A DNA stretch of 64,000 nt. It comes from Octopus sinensis. Lineage: Eukaryota. Below the pieces are notes generated by a model. That model made no database searches, was not told the DNA's origin, and worked only from the letters and a program-made list of their open reading frames with translations. Position numbers and translations under genes: made by a program. The stretch lies in the NCBI RefSeq assembly GCF_006345805.1, contig NC_043006.1, positions 52,576,001 to 52,640,000 on the forward strand. Reading direction: 5' to 3'. Positions 39,747 to 54,404 of this stretch are shown in pieces (the stretch's first letter is position 1; each line of letters begins with the position of its first letter).

Positions 39747-42189
39747 AGTATTTTCATCGTCCAACGATAGAGTTCGACCACATACAGACACACACACACG
39801 CACATGTGCTTGCTCACCAATACACAGGCATATACATATGTATGTTTGTATGTATGTATGTGTGTATGTATGTATGTATGTATGTATGTATGTATGTATG
39901 TATGTATGTATGTATGTATGTATGTATGTATTCTTGAAACAATGAGTCTAATAAAAGTGATTTTTACCTCCCGATACTGGCTCAAAAAGGGAAGTGAAGA
40001 AACATATATTTACTGGTAAACAGGTTATGTTGGTAAAAAGTTACACACGCGCACGCACACACACATACATACACATACACACACACGCACACATGATATA
40101 TAATGAACGAGATTGTTATATACCCTGCTCATGTGTACGACAGGTGTTTGTGTATATATATATATTTGGGCTTTATGAATGTATATTAGATATAATTTTG
40201 TTGTCCACCAGGTGATCCAGACTGTAGGCACCACCTCGAATCATCTGAACCTTTTCACTGATGCCATTGATAGCAGAGGTAGTGATGGTGATGGAGGTAG
40301 CTGGGATGGTCATTATGTTGACTGTAGTGGTAACATTGATGGTATTGCTTGTGATAGTTTCATCTGTGTACAATTACATAAATATATATATGTCTGTATA
40401 TATGTGTGGGTGTGCGTAAAGAGGGAAGAGCTGTGTTTTCAAAAGCGTTACATCAAAATCACCACTACGTTCCTTTGAATTGATGTTTTTTCATATTTCA
40501 TCTCAGATCTTATATGTTTGATTTAGATCAATAAAGCTATTTGTCTGACCCATCAGAACATTCACAATCACATTTTCAAAATTAACTCTGATAATTGTGT
40601 GTAGTCAAGGCGTTGTAAAGCACATCGCAAAGGGTCTTGGTTATATAAATTTTATAGCTGTTAAAAATCGACATCACGTTTTAAATCACATGGCGACTAA
40701 CCCTTGTTGATTTCATGTTATCATGAGAATCTGACGTATTTCTTCTGTCCCACAGTATCCTGCACTTTTCCTATAATTCTGTTTTTTACATGTGCTTTGT
40801 CTCTTTTCGAATCCATCCTGTCTTCTCATTTTTTTCTTCGGTTTGCCTTCCTTCATTTTTTTTTTGAAAGGGCAATATTCGAATTCAACCTTTTCTATTG
40901 ATTTCATGTTACACATATGCATGCTGTCGATTTGTTTGATCTTATATTAGTTGGCAGAGTGTAACTGCCCATCTACTATCGTTGTTTCTTAAAACTATAT
41001 TCCAGATGCTTTTTGTTGTGTCGAAAAATCGTGATGGGAGTTGTACAAATTCTTTAATATATTTTCGTACATTTGCTTTCTTCTGTCCATGTAAAGTCGT
41101 TTTCTTACTGTCTTCACTAAACCTTTCATTAGTAGGTTATTTATTAAATTTCCTGCCATGCTGAAGCTAGCAACTGTTTTGTTGGAGAGGATGTATTAGG
41201 TTTGCTAATGGGTTTGAAAAGTAAGGTGCCGTAGAGATGCAAAAAGAAACTTAGGTGGATTAGTTAGGTAGTCTGTAACCTAATGGCTAAAAGATTTCTA
41301 CGGAGAGTTATGAAGTAAAGTCTATAGTAGCTCCAGAGAAAAAGTCCAGTTGCAACTTCATAGGTGAGTAGTTGCTAAAAATTCATTGTCCGATGAAATA
41401 TTTTCCTCTTGTTATTATCTTGCAGGTGCTTGCCTCATAGATGGTGATGGTAACTCCTTTTAGGGCGATGTTAGAGAAGCCATGGTATGTGAAAATTTTT
41501 ATTCGTACTTGGGAGGCGAAATCTTTTGCGAGGAATTTCATTAACAACTTGTAAATGTATGAGCTGTCATGTCTGAAGTGGATATGTATGGGCTTACGGT
41601 TACATTGCTTTAACATAGGAAAGAAAAAGAAAAAAAATCATTGTTAACCAGTGACCATCTGCTTGAGTTAGTAAAACAGATATTGCTTTGATCTCTTCAT
41701 TTACTAATAAAATTTTTATTAATACTGTACCTTCAAAGTAACAACTAGTAAAAGAATCTCTAATTAATCGACCTTCTTATTTGCCCATACGGCTATCGAG
41801 GAGGGCATTGGTTAGAGGGAGGGAAGCACCGTGCTCTAGTATTTTCTGATTTGATGATTTTAAGGAGTTATTAAATAACACCTTGATAACAACTTTAGGT
41901 TTATATACAACGTAAAGAAATTATTTTGCACTTATTGCTTTTTAGGCACACTGAGATGCACTGTGCAAATGTTTATTAATCCACCGATTATTCAGAAGTA
42001 AGAAAATAAGAAATACTCCAAAACTGCAACTTATAGTAGATATTTACATAATTAATATTCTCATTAGAAGTAAGTTGTAGTTCCACGTGACAATAACTAC
42101 GAAACTAAAGTTGACAACCCTTCATCGTTTGATAAAAACAAACAACTAATAACAAACATTTCAAGTAAATTCCTTTCTATTTAATTTTA

Positions 42190-43420
42190 GATGAAAAAAT
42201 TGTTACATCAGTCTATTCGACTGGTCACTATTGCTCGATTTTATAGGTATGATGAAATATGTGGAGAACTGGTTAGCTTAGCAACCTTACCTGAACATTT
42301 TATTGGGGCTGAATTATGAAAAGGTAAATAGTAAAGAGACTGACGCCTCACAAAATTGAAAAGAAGGAAAAAGAATAGCGAAAAAAAGTCTATGACGACT
42401 GATGGTGTGCTCATTGAATGGTATAGAAGCAGATTTTTTGAATTTGTTTGTAAAATATGTTGGTCATTCACTGGTAGTCTTTCATCATTGTATATGTGAG
42501 GAGGCTTTGTATAACAACAACAAAAAACTAAAATACTTGACTCACTAATTTTGTGAGCAAGGTAAAATCAGTGCACACACGTCTACAAATGTACAACAAT
42601 GTTTGTTGCTAAGCTTAGGTGCTGTTTTGAACGATTTTTTAGTGTTTCGATGAAATTCGGCTGATTTTGTCGAATGAAAAAAATGTTATTGTCAAGAACT
42701 AACTAACGTTTGGTGGATTTATAATTTAATGTTTTTTTCTTTACAGATTTCTATTCACACTTGATTGGTTTGGACATCAATTTCCAGAACTAGCAGAAGA
42801 CTTCCTGTCCTGTTTGATAACAAATATCTTAGGAATATAACCAGAGATGTCGACTATGGTCCTTTTAACTATTTTTTAAATATATTAAATATCACTTGAC
42901 TGATTTTCAAGTTTACGAGAAAACAGGCATTCAATGTATTCAAACTAATTATCGAGCATCATCAAGTTAACTACGAAACAATTTTCTTTAAGATTAACTC
43001 AGTTCAGGACATCTGAAGAAACTTCAAAATTCCTTAAGTGTATCGACAGTATAAGTTTACAGATCCAGAATTTGAAAATGCTGCAATGGATTGATTTGAA
43101 TAACTGTTAAGTGAAAATGAATGATTTTCAAAGCAATACAATGTGGAGACAAAAATTGATAGACTTGAGAATTGGACATCAAGATGTATCGATTATTAAC
43201 AGTAATAGTAAAGGAAACGAGATTTTGAAACCAATTCCATTCGCGTAAGTTTTGTCTATCTGAAAAATCTAGCAGTGGCAAAATTTATCATATTTTCAAT
43301 AACTAATCATGTGAGTCATGGTTTTCATTTAAGAGCATTGTCAAGTCTAATTATAGAAGTAGTCTTACCGATGGACTCTTGCGTTATGCATAGCTCTTGA
43401 AACAACCAAATACAATGCTA
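42190..43420 (+). pseudogene. Decayed hAT (Buster/SPIN-like) transposase
   Basis: LDE..., TTDG...VGHSLVVFH.CICEEAL, LSLGAVL, FFTDF.SHL and the dimerisation segment CESWFS...KSNYRSSLTD. Confidence 0.7.
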
Positions 43421-44249
43421 AAATAAAGTATCAAAGTATCTGTGTTCGAACGCACAGAAGCTGAGTAACACGTTTATTTCCCTTTCGATTTTTGTTTTGG
43501 CTTTAAAAATATTTGCATTGACAGTATAATTTATGAATAAAGTTAGTTTTCTATCGTCTTCATAAAACATTGAATCATATTTTTGGTCTTGCTTATAAAA
43601 TGCAACACTATAAATTGTTATTTTCTATTACCCGTTTCTTTAAAAGCCATTAACAATAATTGTTTGAAGGTGCTATCTAAAATGCTTTCATTTATTTTAA
43701 TTTCACTTCCTCTGATATATATTTGTTAGTAGCACATAGCTATCAAGACCTCATTATCCTGAAATAAGATTCATCATTATTGTTATTTGTTCAATACTAT
43801 TTTTGTGAATAACTAATAAATAAAATGTATAATTTCCAAAATTGTCACACCCCACAAAATTTAGATGCTACTGATTATCTAAACAGACTGCTTTCAAATA
43901 ATTTTCTTTATAGAATTATTTGTAAACTACAAATATGATAATAATATATGACCTTCTGCTTAACAGTTCTTATGGCCACATGAAGGATTTTTTTTCTTAG
44001 AAATTGATGTTAATACTGGCACACATTCCCAAAATTGTTCACAACCTCTGCTTTGGTACTCTGTTGCGAGTGAATGCATGAATGAATGATTTCTGGTATG
44101 GATTGTATAAGGAATGTGGAGAAATCAAAACCATGTGCTTACATGAAGTACACACCAAGAGAGTTTGTGTTAATAGGTTCGAGTTTCTGCGAAGATAAGA
44201 AACTGAAGTTTCAGAGTACGATGTTGTCAAGGATAGTGAGAGGTAATGA

Positions 44250-44750
44250 AAAAAGGAATGAGTAGGTCCAAACGATAACGACGTGAAGTGGACATGATAT
44301 GATTAGTGGATGAGAAGGATAGGAAGTGAAGTATTGGTTGTGAGGGAGGTGGTTGGTTGAGAGATGTTAGGAGTAAGATCAAGCGACCAGCCAGCAATGT
44401 ATCAGTGACCAGCAACAATTCAGACACAGTTGTAAAGAAAAATAGATAAGTACATAAGATTAAGAAAAGAACGGAGTTTGGGGATGAGCAGGTGTGTGAG
44501 CTAATTAAAAGGATTAGAACGAATTTTTATATTGCTTGGAGTGTAAAATGAATTGTGCGCTGAGCTGACGGGTCACCATTGTTACATGATATTGGCAAAT
44601 TTTAAAGACGGGGGTGTGATGGCAGAATAGACAGAGAAATCACGGGCTTGGTGATGGAAGGAAAATTATTTCAAATATCCAGGAGGTATTCTTGTTTGGA
44701 TGTGGTGGATGTAGTTGTTGGGTAGTTTATGACAAGAGCTAATTAATAAG
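44250..44750 (-). pseudogene. Possible LINE APE remnant
   Basis: Weak: YIAGWSLDLT...HVHF resembling PTH..GH.LDL...SDH. Confidence 0.3.
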
Positions 44751-45628
44751 TTGGCAGAAAACCTCGCTCGTGTAAAAGTCTCTAACGTCATATGACGACA
44801 CCATCGAGCTTAACCACCATTTTAACAATATCAAAGGTTGACGGAGTGTGATGAGTTTCGACGGAGAGATGGTAAGATGTCTGTGTCCCTTGCAAAAGTT
44901 ATAGTGGTTCAAAAATCAGTTGCTATTTGCTAATAAATCCGTCCAAAGTTGAACTAATTCACATAGGCAGCCTGTGAGGTACTGAAGAGTGGAAAAGCAG
45001 GGTTACCTGCGAAGGAAAACATATGGAGAATTTTGGTTTGATTAGTAAGCGATTACATGACCGTGTGGGCAAACAGAAACTTTGGTAGTGTGCTGAGGAG
45101 TCTTTGAGGAATATCGGTTGGTGAAAATAATAAATTGTTAAGGATGTCAGTTAGTTTTATACACTTACCAACATTGTAGGTATTGATAGAGAGAAGAGCC
45201 TATAAAAGTTGCTTGTATACTGAAGTCACTTAAAGAGAAATAGTGGGAAATATACGTGTTTAATACGGAATTTCGGATAGTTGAATATGTAATGATAGTT
45301 AGGAGCTTGAGTAGAGAAACAAGTGATGGAAGGAAGTGAGGAAAACAAGATAGGAAGCAATATATATACACACACACATACATACAAAGACACACACACA
45401 CGCGCACACACATATATAAGCTGATGGGTTGGATCAGTGTTGGACTGAAGCAAATGTATATTTGTGCAGATGTACTGTCTAGCTGATTAGGTAGCACTCT
45501 TACTGCGGTTTCTCTTGATTGTAAGATAAACTATTAGGGGTGAAAAAGTGTCTTCCCAAGAAAACAAGTTCATTAACCAGATGAAAACTCTTGTCATTCG
45601 GTGTTTCGGATTGCACATTTTATCAGTG

Positions 45629-45673
<45 letters not shown>

Positions 45674-46694
45674 GTTTTTCTCTCTCTTTCTTTTCTCTCT
45701 CTTTCTTTTTATCTCTCTTCTCTCTACTCCTTTCTCTCTGTTTCTCTCACTCTGTCTCTCTTTGTTTCTGTCTATGTATCTATCTCTGTCTGTCTATCAC
45801 TGTCCTTCTCTCTCTCCCTCTGTTACAATCTACGAACGATAAGAACAACTGCAGCAGCCGCAGCAACCAGGAAAGAATTTTGATATGCAGTGTAAGTAAT
45901 TTTAGAGTTCAACATTAAACAATATCACTGAGGATGGTTAAAGAAAACTTCACACGTGATGTAAGAAAAACCAGTGAGAAACAATGTTTGCATTCAGCTT
46001 ACTAATCTAAACTTGGACGATCGTAATACATACAGGCTGACCTGTCGAGGAATTTCTTAGATATGACACTCAGAGCTCACTCGTAATGTCACAATTTATT
46101 CACACACTTGCTTCTTGTGTTTGCTTTTGGTTTCACCTAATTTTTGCTAGTTCGGCACAGAACTACCCATTCGTACTCTAAATTACTTTACTGAACAGAC
46201 GAAACCCTTCAGTTATTGGGCGTTTTGCCTTACACTTTCCTTCAGTCCTTTTTTTGTTCTCTCCTTCCATCAGTTTCCTTTTTTTCTATCTCCAGGATTA
46301 TTTATTTACTAATATATTTATTCGTATATTTGAACCTTCACATCTGCTATGCTATTGATTTGAATGGAATTATCATAAATACGACACATAAAAACAGAGA
46401 AAGACAGAATAACTGATTAGACAGTATTGGTGCTTTGTTTATATTTTATAAACACCTACGGATTAATTAATGTTGTTATTTATATGTTTTCAAACAGATG
46501 AAATTAATTATAAAGTAGATTCACTCCCAGTGTGTTTGTTTAAGTTTCCTTTTAAGTCAGTAGTCTTAAAGCTTTTTGGTGTAGAAATCATTATAGACTT
46601 TCGAGTACATTATATACTGATAAATATCATATACATATTAATAAAGACTATACACACACACACACACACACATACACACACACACACGCACACG

Positions 46695-46746
<52 letters not shown>

Positions 46747-47148
46747 GGCGTAGGGGTGGCGGTGTGGTAAGTAGTTTGCTTACGAACCACATGGTTCCGG
46801 GTTCAGCCCCACTGCGTAGCATCGTGGGCAAGTGTCTTCTACTGTAGCCTTGGGCCGAACAAAGCTTTGTGAGTGAATTTGGTAGATGGAAACTAAAAAA
46901 AGCCCGTCGTATATATGTATATATATATATACGTATGTGTGTATATGCTTGTGTGTCTTTGTCCCCACAACATTGCTTGACAGCCGATGCTGGTGTGTTT
47001 ACGTAACTTAGCGGTTCGGCAAAAGAGACCAATAGAATAAGTACTAAGCTTACAAAGAATAACTCCTGGGGTCGATTTGCTCGACTAAAGGCGGTGCTCC
47101 AGCATGGCCACAGTTAAATGACTGAAACAAGTAAAAGAGTAAAAGAGT
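46747..47148 (+). mobile_element. Full-length tRNA-derived SINE family B (CORE-like GGGCAAGTGTCTT) with internal microsatellite
   Basis: A/B-box-like head and GTAAAAGA tail repeats; many other copies in the window. Confidence 0.88.
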
Positions 47149-49015
47149 ATATATATATATACATATATACATACATCAATATGCATTGTATACGCATATA
47201 TATGTAGGCGCACAGTCCTTTCAGTAAGAAGTTTTCTTCACGGTAATATGGTTTTACAATATTAGTTCTAACATTATTAATCAATGAGGGTTCTCAAACT
47301 CGACAAGTGGTCAGTAGTCTAATTTTGCTATAGAACTTGAACAATTGTGAAGGATAAACCTGAAATACATCATTCCATGAAAAAAAATATGGAATATTTA
47401 CCACAAGTTGTCTTAGTAGTTGTTTGGCAACTATTCGCCTTATTAGTTGCTGCTTAAGTAAAAGCCTTTACTCATTCAGCATACACTACTGTTGACGTCG
47501 TGCGTGGATGATACATAAATCGACCAGGAATGTGTGTGGGCATACATACACACATGCACACATACATACATACATACATACATACATACATACATACATA
47601 CATACATACACATGCATACATACATACATACATACATACATACATACATACATACATACATACATACATACATACATACATACATACACATATGTAAGTA
47701 TATATATAAATGTAGATATTTATGTTCAGATGTATGCAAGTAGATATATATTACATAAATTATATATACTTAGGCTCAAGTTTTGGATGGAACGATATAG
47801 TCGAATATATTGACTCCAGTAATTGATTGTTACTTTATCTGTTTTCAATCACAGAAGAATGATGAGCAAAGATGTCAGCCTTCAACAGTTTTAAACTTAG
47901 ATATAACTTTATCAGCATAGATTTCAGTCTGTTTAGACTACTAAGTTCTGATGGCAAAACAGAAAAGTGAATCACTTTCTACAAGAATTTAAAATAACAT
48001 TTCTTACGGAGTGAAAGATTCATGAAATTGAATGAAGATAAACTTGTTTTATAGAAAAATGCCCTTCCTAATTACATATAACATATATATATACGATGAA
48101 TTACGACAAAAATTATCGTAGGTTAATCTACTGAAGTATGATGCTCTTAATATTGGGTGTGGAGATCGTATATCGAAATTTCGGGACATTGTTGCTAAGA
48201 CGTTGATCTCATACTTTTCCTGAGAACTAGAATGAAATAAACAAAACTTTGCCTAAAGGGATATAGCCAAAACATCAGTTGTTTATAATTGTAACTTCTT
48301 TAAAGTTTCTTCTTGAGTAGAAAGAGAAGAGAAAAAGTAAAAATCATATCAGTAGGATTGTGAATGTGAAAAAACAACGGAAGTAAAGTCGAAGGTTAGA
48401 TAAGAAGAGATAGAGAGAAAAACCAACATAGAATAATATGAGTAATATAGCAGGTAAGAGTAGTGAGGTGGATGTGCGATGTCAGAAGTGAGTTGTGCGA
48501 TAGGAGTTGTTACAGAAGTAACAAGCTATAGGCTGTGGATTAGTTACTTAGGAGATACGTAAAACGACTGGGTCAGAGGAGGAGGTTAAGAACAAGAAAT
48601 TTAAGTACGTCATCACGGTTGCTTCCACAAAAACTGCGTGGAGTGAGTGAGCTGGAAGAATAAGAACAATGGATTAATAACAGTTATTGACAGGAAATTA
48701 AATCTGAAGAAATAATAGGATAATTAATAATGGTCAGAAATTAGATGGAAAAGTGTAGAAGTATATTGTGAAAGGAAGAAGGAAGCAGAAAGATGAAAAT
48801 ATAAAAGAGAGGCGATAATACTAGCACAGTGTGGAGGTGAACTATTTCCAAATGCAGGTTTGACTATGTGGCCAAGAAGTTCGTTTTGAGTTTAGTGGCA
48901 TTGTGCAGCAGCTAGGGAAAGTGTTTCTATTATAACCCAGGATTAATCAATTTGAGTAAATTTGTTTAGCGGAAACTACGTGGAAGCACAGACATGCACA
49001 CACTAACACAGCACA

Positions 49016-49050
<35 letters not shown>

Positions 49051-49347
49051 CACACACACACATACACATACGTCGTTGTTTCTGTTACCTCACTTGACTA
49101 CAGGTTTCGGTTTAAATACGCCCTAGTAACTTAGCTATTCGGCAGAATGTGTGATAGAGTAATTTTTAGACAAAAAACAGTATTCACACACAAGCATATA
49201 CATACATACATACATACATACATACATACATACATACATACATGTATGTATGTATATATATATATATATGCGTGTATGTATTTTTTGTTTGTATGTATAT
49301 GAATAGATATATGCTATATACTTATATATATATGTACATACATACAT

Positions 49348-49398
<51 letters not shown>

Positions 49399-49634
49399 GA
49401 TAAAGCCAACATTGTTTCTCTTCGAAGAAAGATCATCGCTAGAATTCACTTCATTGTCTTAAACATATTCTGTTATTCAGACCGTTTCAATTATTTTTAT
49501 TAATCTAGATTTTAATATGCAGAAATTTCAGCTCACCACCAAATTCCAGTAATTTTCAGTAACTGTTTCACCTCACACATCTCGTACTAAGCTAAACCAT
49601 ATATGTGTATGTGTGTGTGTGTGTGTGTGTACAT

Positions 49635-50120
49635 ATATATATGATAATATAAGTAATATATAAATATATGCATATATATATACATATATGTACATACCTA
49701 CATATATATGTATATATATACATGCATATATGGGTACAGGACATGAAAAAAAGTAGGCAAAATGAGAAAGGAGAACATGAGAAGAAAAACATAGAAAACG
49801 AACCTTTTTTTTGAACAACGAAAGAAACAAACAGAGAAACGAGACAGGCAACGTAAAGAACATTCCTTTCATCAGTTGTCCCCTGTTTTATCTATTCCGC
49901 GTTGCCGGCCTCCTTTCCCTGTTTGTTTCTCTCTTTGTTCGAAAAAAAAAGTTCATTTTCTATGTTCGTGCTATTTATGTTCTCGTTTCTCATTTGTCTA
50001 CATTCTTTTGATATCCTATACCCATATATGCATGTATATATACATATATATATATATGTAGGTTTGTACATATATGTATGTATATATGCATATATTTATA
50101 TATCATTTATATTATTATAT
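49635..50120. repeat. Diverged foldback, about 220-bp arms
   Basis: 49640-49855 is inverted relative to 49895-50120, including the microsatellite pattern. Confidence 0.75.
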
Positions 50121-52249
50121 GATCGAACGCCAATTTCCATACACGCCAAGTGAATTCAATTCGTTCCCAGTCGAAAGATGCCTGTTGTTATGTCCTATTA
50201 TTATTATTATTATTGTTTTTTATTGCATCTTTGTATTTACATTCGTGTTACATCGTCTGTTTTTCAGTCCTTGTTTAGTATACATTCGATGCTTTTTTCC
50301 AAGGAATCTAATATTCTTAGTTTAGTTTTTCCTTGGGGCTGGCCAGATTGGAGCAATCTGAAGATTAATCAGCCGAAATTGCGAGGATGATCCGGTTCTT
50401 GACTGAAGATAAAAGGCTTCGAATGACCCGTCCGTGTTTTTTTGTATCGTCTATCTGGATGTTTTGTTGTCCCTTTTTGTATCACCTGAGGTGAAACAGT
50501 TAGAAATGATGGAACGTAGAATGAGTGTGATTAATGGTGATATAATGAAAGGGGTTTGGCGAGATATCTGTAAAAGTAACGAAGAAAGAATTAAAATGAA
50601 ATGAACTGAAGTTAAAGACTGTAAAACTGTGGGAAGTTGATTCGAATCAGTGAAGACTACCACCTCTTGTATTTACGAATAATATATCGTGTAAGACATT
50701 TTTCAGTTGAGCATAGTTAATTGCTGTTCAGAAATAACTTCTGCTCAGAAAAAAAAACCATTTTAAGGCAACGATTTAATCAAATTCTCTGCTAATTCCG
50801 ATCATGATTTTCTATGCTTCCTCGTGTTTATTGGAAACAAGTTTATTTTACTGTTTAGAATATTTAATTATTATAGTTACATGTAAAATTTTTGATCGAT
50901 AACCTACTGGTACTAATGAATAATAAACCTTTTACCAAGTGTGGTGGTACATAAAAAAAGAAAGAAACCAGGTAGAAGAGATTTGTTGATCAAAAGTGTT
51001 TTGTTGAATTCTACAGAGACTACTCCTCAAAACAGAGACGAATGAACGTAATTAAAGTGACATCAAGTAATTTGGGTGGGGACAATTGAAAATCTATAAA
51101 TGACAACTAGCTAAACCAGTTATAGTGGGATAGTTGGTATGATCAATTTGGGATTTGTGGTCCTTTGTTGACAACTACTGACTTGCAAATAAAAATAGCA
51201 GTAAATATATTATGTTTGTGTGCCATGTGATTACGCACAAACTAATGAATCAGATCTTGTTTTTGAGGAAGAAGACAGAAGAAATGTATTGAATTAAAGG
51301 GACTATTTGATAAATTCTAAAGAACAAATTTGATAATCCAAGATATAGGAAAAGGATATAGTGTGTAGAAGTCTTGCATATTCTTATAAAGTATACTGTA
51401 TGTGAACAGAATAATAATAATAGAAGTTGGATAGCTCATGAGTCTGATGTAAAGAATTTATTGGTTGAAATGAAAAAACCTTGTCCAGGATTTGACAAAC
51501 CTAATCAAGGTTATTATAGTTATATTGAAAACAGTGAATACATAAAATAATTTGTCTGATTAAAGGGGCATATGATCAAGTGTTTTAGCAGAAGAAATAT
51601 TCCTATGGTCAAAATATTGCTAGCTATTTATATTTCGTTGAAGCGTCAAAGATCCCATCTGAAATAAATGTGAGGACTTTTGATTGAGAATAATGAATTA
51701 TTTAGCAGTCCTTTCAAGGGTTGTTTTTTTTTTTTTCACTAATTTGTCAAGAAGATGAAAAGGTATTCTTTGATATAATGAGGGGAAAAAAAGAAGCAAA
51801 TATGATACAGATGATAAATATATAGATCAATTACTTGAAAGTTTGTAATGATATAGAGCTTGTTATTTGAAGGTTAAAGGACGAGTTTCTTGGTAGTTGT
51901 AATCCTCGGAAGAGAGGGAGAGATGGAGGAAGAGGCAGAAAGGAAGAAAGACAGGATAAATCAATATTTAATATGGGTATGAGATAGTGAGAGATAGAGA
52001 TAGAGAGAGAGAAAGAGACAAAGATAAAAAGAGTGAGAGAGAGAAAGAAAGAGACGGATTGACAGACAAACGGAGAGACAAAAATACAAGCAGACAGGCT
52101 GACAGGCAGACAGACAGAAAGAGAGATTGAGACAGAGACAGTTGAGTGTTTCAACAGTATTTCAGTAGAAACAGTTGACATTCAGAAAGCTAGAGAAGAG
52201 TGGAGGTATTTGTAATAACATGAGAACAAATAGACCGAGGAAACTGTTA

Positions 52250-52640
52250 GCCAGTCAGTTGTTGAAACTAGTGTTAATGAAATAAGTAGCCGCATTTCGA
52301 AGAAATATCAACGAAGGTAAACGAATAAAGAATTTAAAACACACTGATTTTAGACAATAAACCGAGTTGATACTTTAAAAATATAAGATAAAACACAAAA
52401 AGGTAGACTATATGCAATCTTTAACGAGAGCAACCAGCAAAGTATAGGTTTCTATCTCTATTTCGCCTTTAAAATGTCAGATATAATTGAACCGAAAATC
52501 AGAGTTATTAGTGTTGTAAGCTTCAATGCTGTCTTTTAAAATAGTTCACTTCGCAGCTATGTTGTTTACGATATAACTCTAGTTCATGGAATATTGTACT
52601 AGTATCTTCTGCAAAGTTACTGATTGATATATGTCCTGTG
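52250..52640 (-). pseudogene. Possible LINE RT remnant
   Basis: Weak: ISNFAEDTSTIF resembling FADDT. Confidence 0.3.
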
Positions 52641-52722
52641 AGCGAAATTTGGGAAACGATAACTTTGTGTAAGCTTCAATTGCACACGCACATGTATACT
52701 TACATACACATATACATGCATG

Positions 52723-52952
52723 CTTTTATTGTTAATTTCAATCATTTGACTGCGGCCATGCTGGAGCACCGCCTTTAGTTGAGCAGATCGCCCCCAGGAC
52801 TTATTCTTTGTACGTCTAGTACTTATATTATCGGTCCCTTTCGCCGAGCCGCTAAGTTACGGGGATGTAAACACACCCGCGTCGGTTTTCAAGCAATGTT
52901 GGGGGACAAACACACACAAACATAGATACATATATTAATATATATACATACA

Positions 52953-53013
<61 letters not shown>

Positions 53014-53167
53014 ACGACGGGCTTCTTTCAGTTTCCGTCTACCAAATCCACTCACTTTGGTCGACCCGAGGCTGTAGTAGAAGACACTTGCCCAAAGTGC
53101 CACACAATGAGACTGAACCTAGAACCATGTGGTTGGTAAGCAAAGTACTTACCACACAGCCACTCTT
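52723..53167 (-). mobile_element. Full-length SINE family B
   Basis: Reverse complement of the 46747-47148 type. Confidence 0.88.
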
Positions 53168-53188
53168 ATATATATATATATATATATA

Positions 53189-54223
53189 GTTATCCGTAAT
53201 AATGAAGGGTGAAATTAATTAATTTGGAATAATTATCAATTACACCAAGTAGTCTTCGGCATGTAAAAGCCTCATTCGAGGAAAATTTAAGTAATACTAA
53301 TCAATAAAGGGTTTAGCAACGAATTGCCTTACCACATACCGAATTTATTAATAGCAGTCAAAGAGTTATAGCTATTTCTTCTACTATTTAATATTTAATT
53401 CTTATGCTTTCCTAAAAACTTGATTTCGAAACGTACGTCCGTAGATAACTTAAAATTGTATGATAGATTGCCGTCAATTCATTCTCTCTTACCTGTTTGT
53501 GTCTGCCTTCCAATTGCTGTTTTTACTGAGATCTCCCTTTTTAGTAGAAGAAATAGCTAAACTCTTTGACTGCTATTTCTAAATTCGGTATGTGGTAAGG
53601 CAATTCGTTGCTAAACCCTTTATTGCTTAGTATTACTTAAATTTTCCTCGAATGAGGCTTTTACATGCCGAAGACTACTTGGTGTAATTGATAATTATTC
53701 CAAATTAATTAATTTCACCCTTCATTATTACGGATAACCATATTTTATCTCAGTAGATGACCACAGCATCTTGTTTTGGCTACACGCGGGTGGGAAGGGG
53801 CTGGTGACACAATCTTTTCATTCAAGCATTGAATTTGGTGATACTAGTTGCGGATTCTAGCTCGCTCTGATACTGAGTTGAGTTGGTGCCTTCTAGTATC
53901 TCAAAATTCAATATATAATCATTTATGATTATAGTATTCTACGCTGAAGAGAAAAGAAGTTTTTGGTAAGATAGAATTATTTAATATTTAATTCTTATGC
54001 TTTCCTAAAAAACTTGATTTCGAAACGTACGTCCGTAGATAACTTAAAATTGTATGATAGATTGCCGTCAATTCATTCTCTCTTACCTGTTTGTGTCTGC
54101 CTTCCAATTGCTGTTTTACTGAGATCTCCCTTTTTAGTAGAAGAAATAGCTATAACTCTTTGACTGCTATTTCTAAATTCGGTATGTGGTAAGGCAATTC
54201 GTTGCTAAACCCTTTATTGCTTA

Positions 54224-54226
<3 letters not shown>
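53189..54226 (+). mobile_element. Non-coding hammerhead-bearing unit with inverted 5' arm and partial tandem
   Basis: 53189-53386 is inverted relative to 53542-53738; 53385-53633 repeats at 53978-54226 (period 593 bp); (TA)n on both sides. Confidence 0.85.
53938..54039 (+). ncRNA. Type I hammerhead ribozyme with extended helix II
   Basis: Helix I TCTACG/CGTAGA (6 bp); CTGAAGA; helix II opens with G-C (53951/54021) and runs 71 nt; GAAAC; GTAC loop; GTC cleavage triplet at 54031-54033. Confidence 0.8.
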
Positions 54227-54311
<85 letters not shown>

Positions 54312-54404
54312 AGAGTGGCTGTGTGGTAAGTACTTTGCTTATATATATATATATATATATAAGAGTAGTTGTGTGTAGAATGTGATACCTTTCTTAGCAT
54401 TTAA

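Noticed and set aside
41383-41616. 77-aa minus-strand ORF as an esterase-like LINE ORF1
   Set aside because: No convincing motif; too speculative.
42747-42840. Apparent exon FLFTLDWFGHQFPEL after TTTACAG
   Set aside because: Another frame continues the hAT transposase (FFTDF.SHL), which explains the segment.
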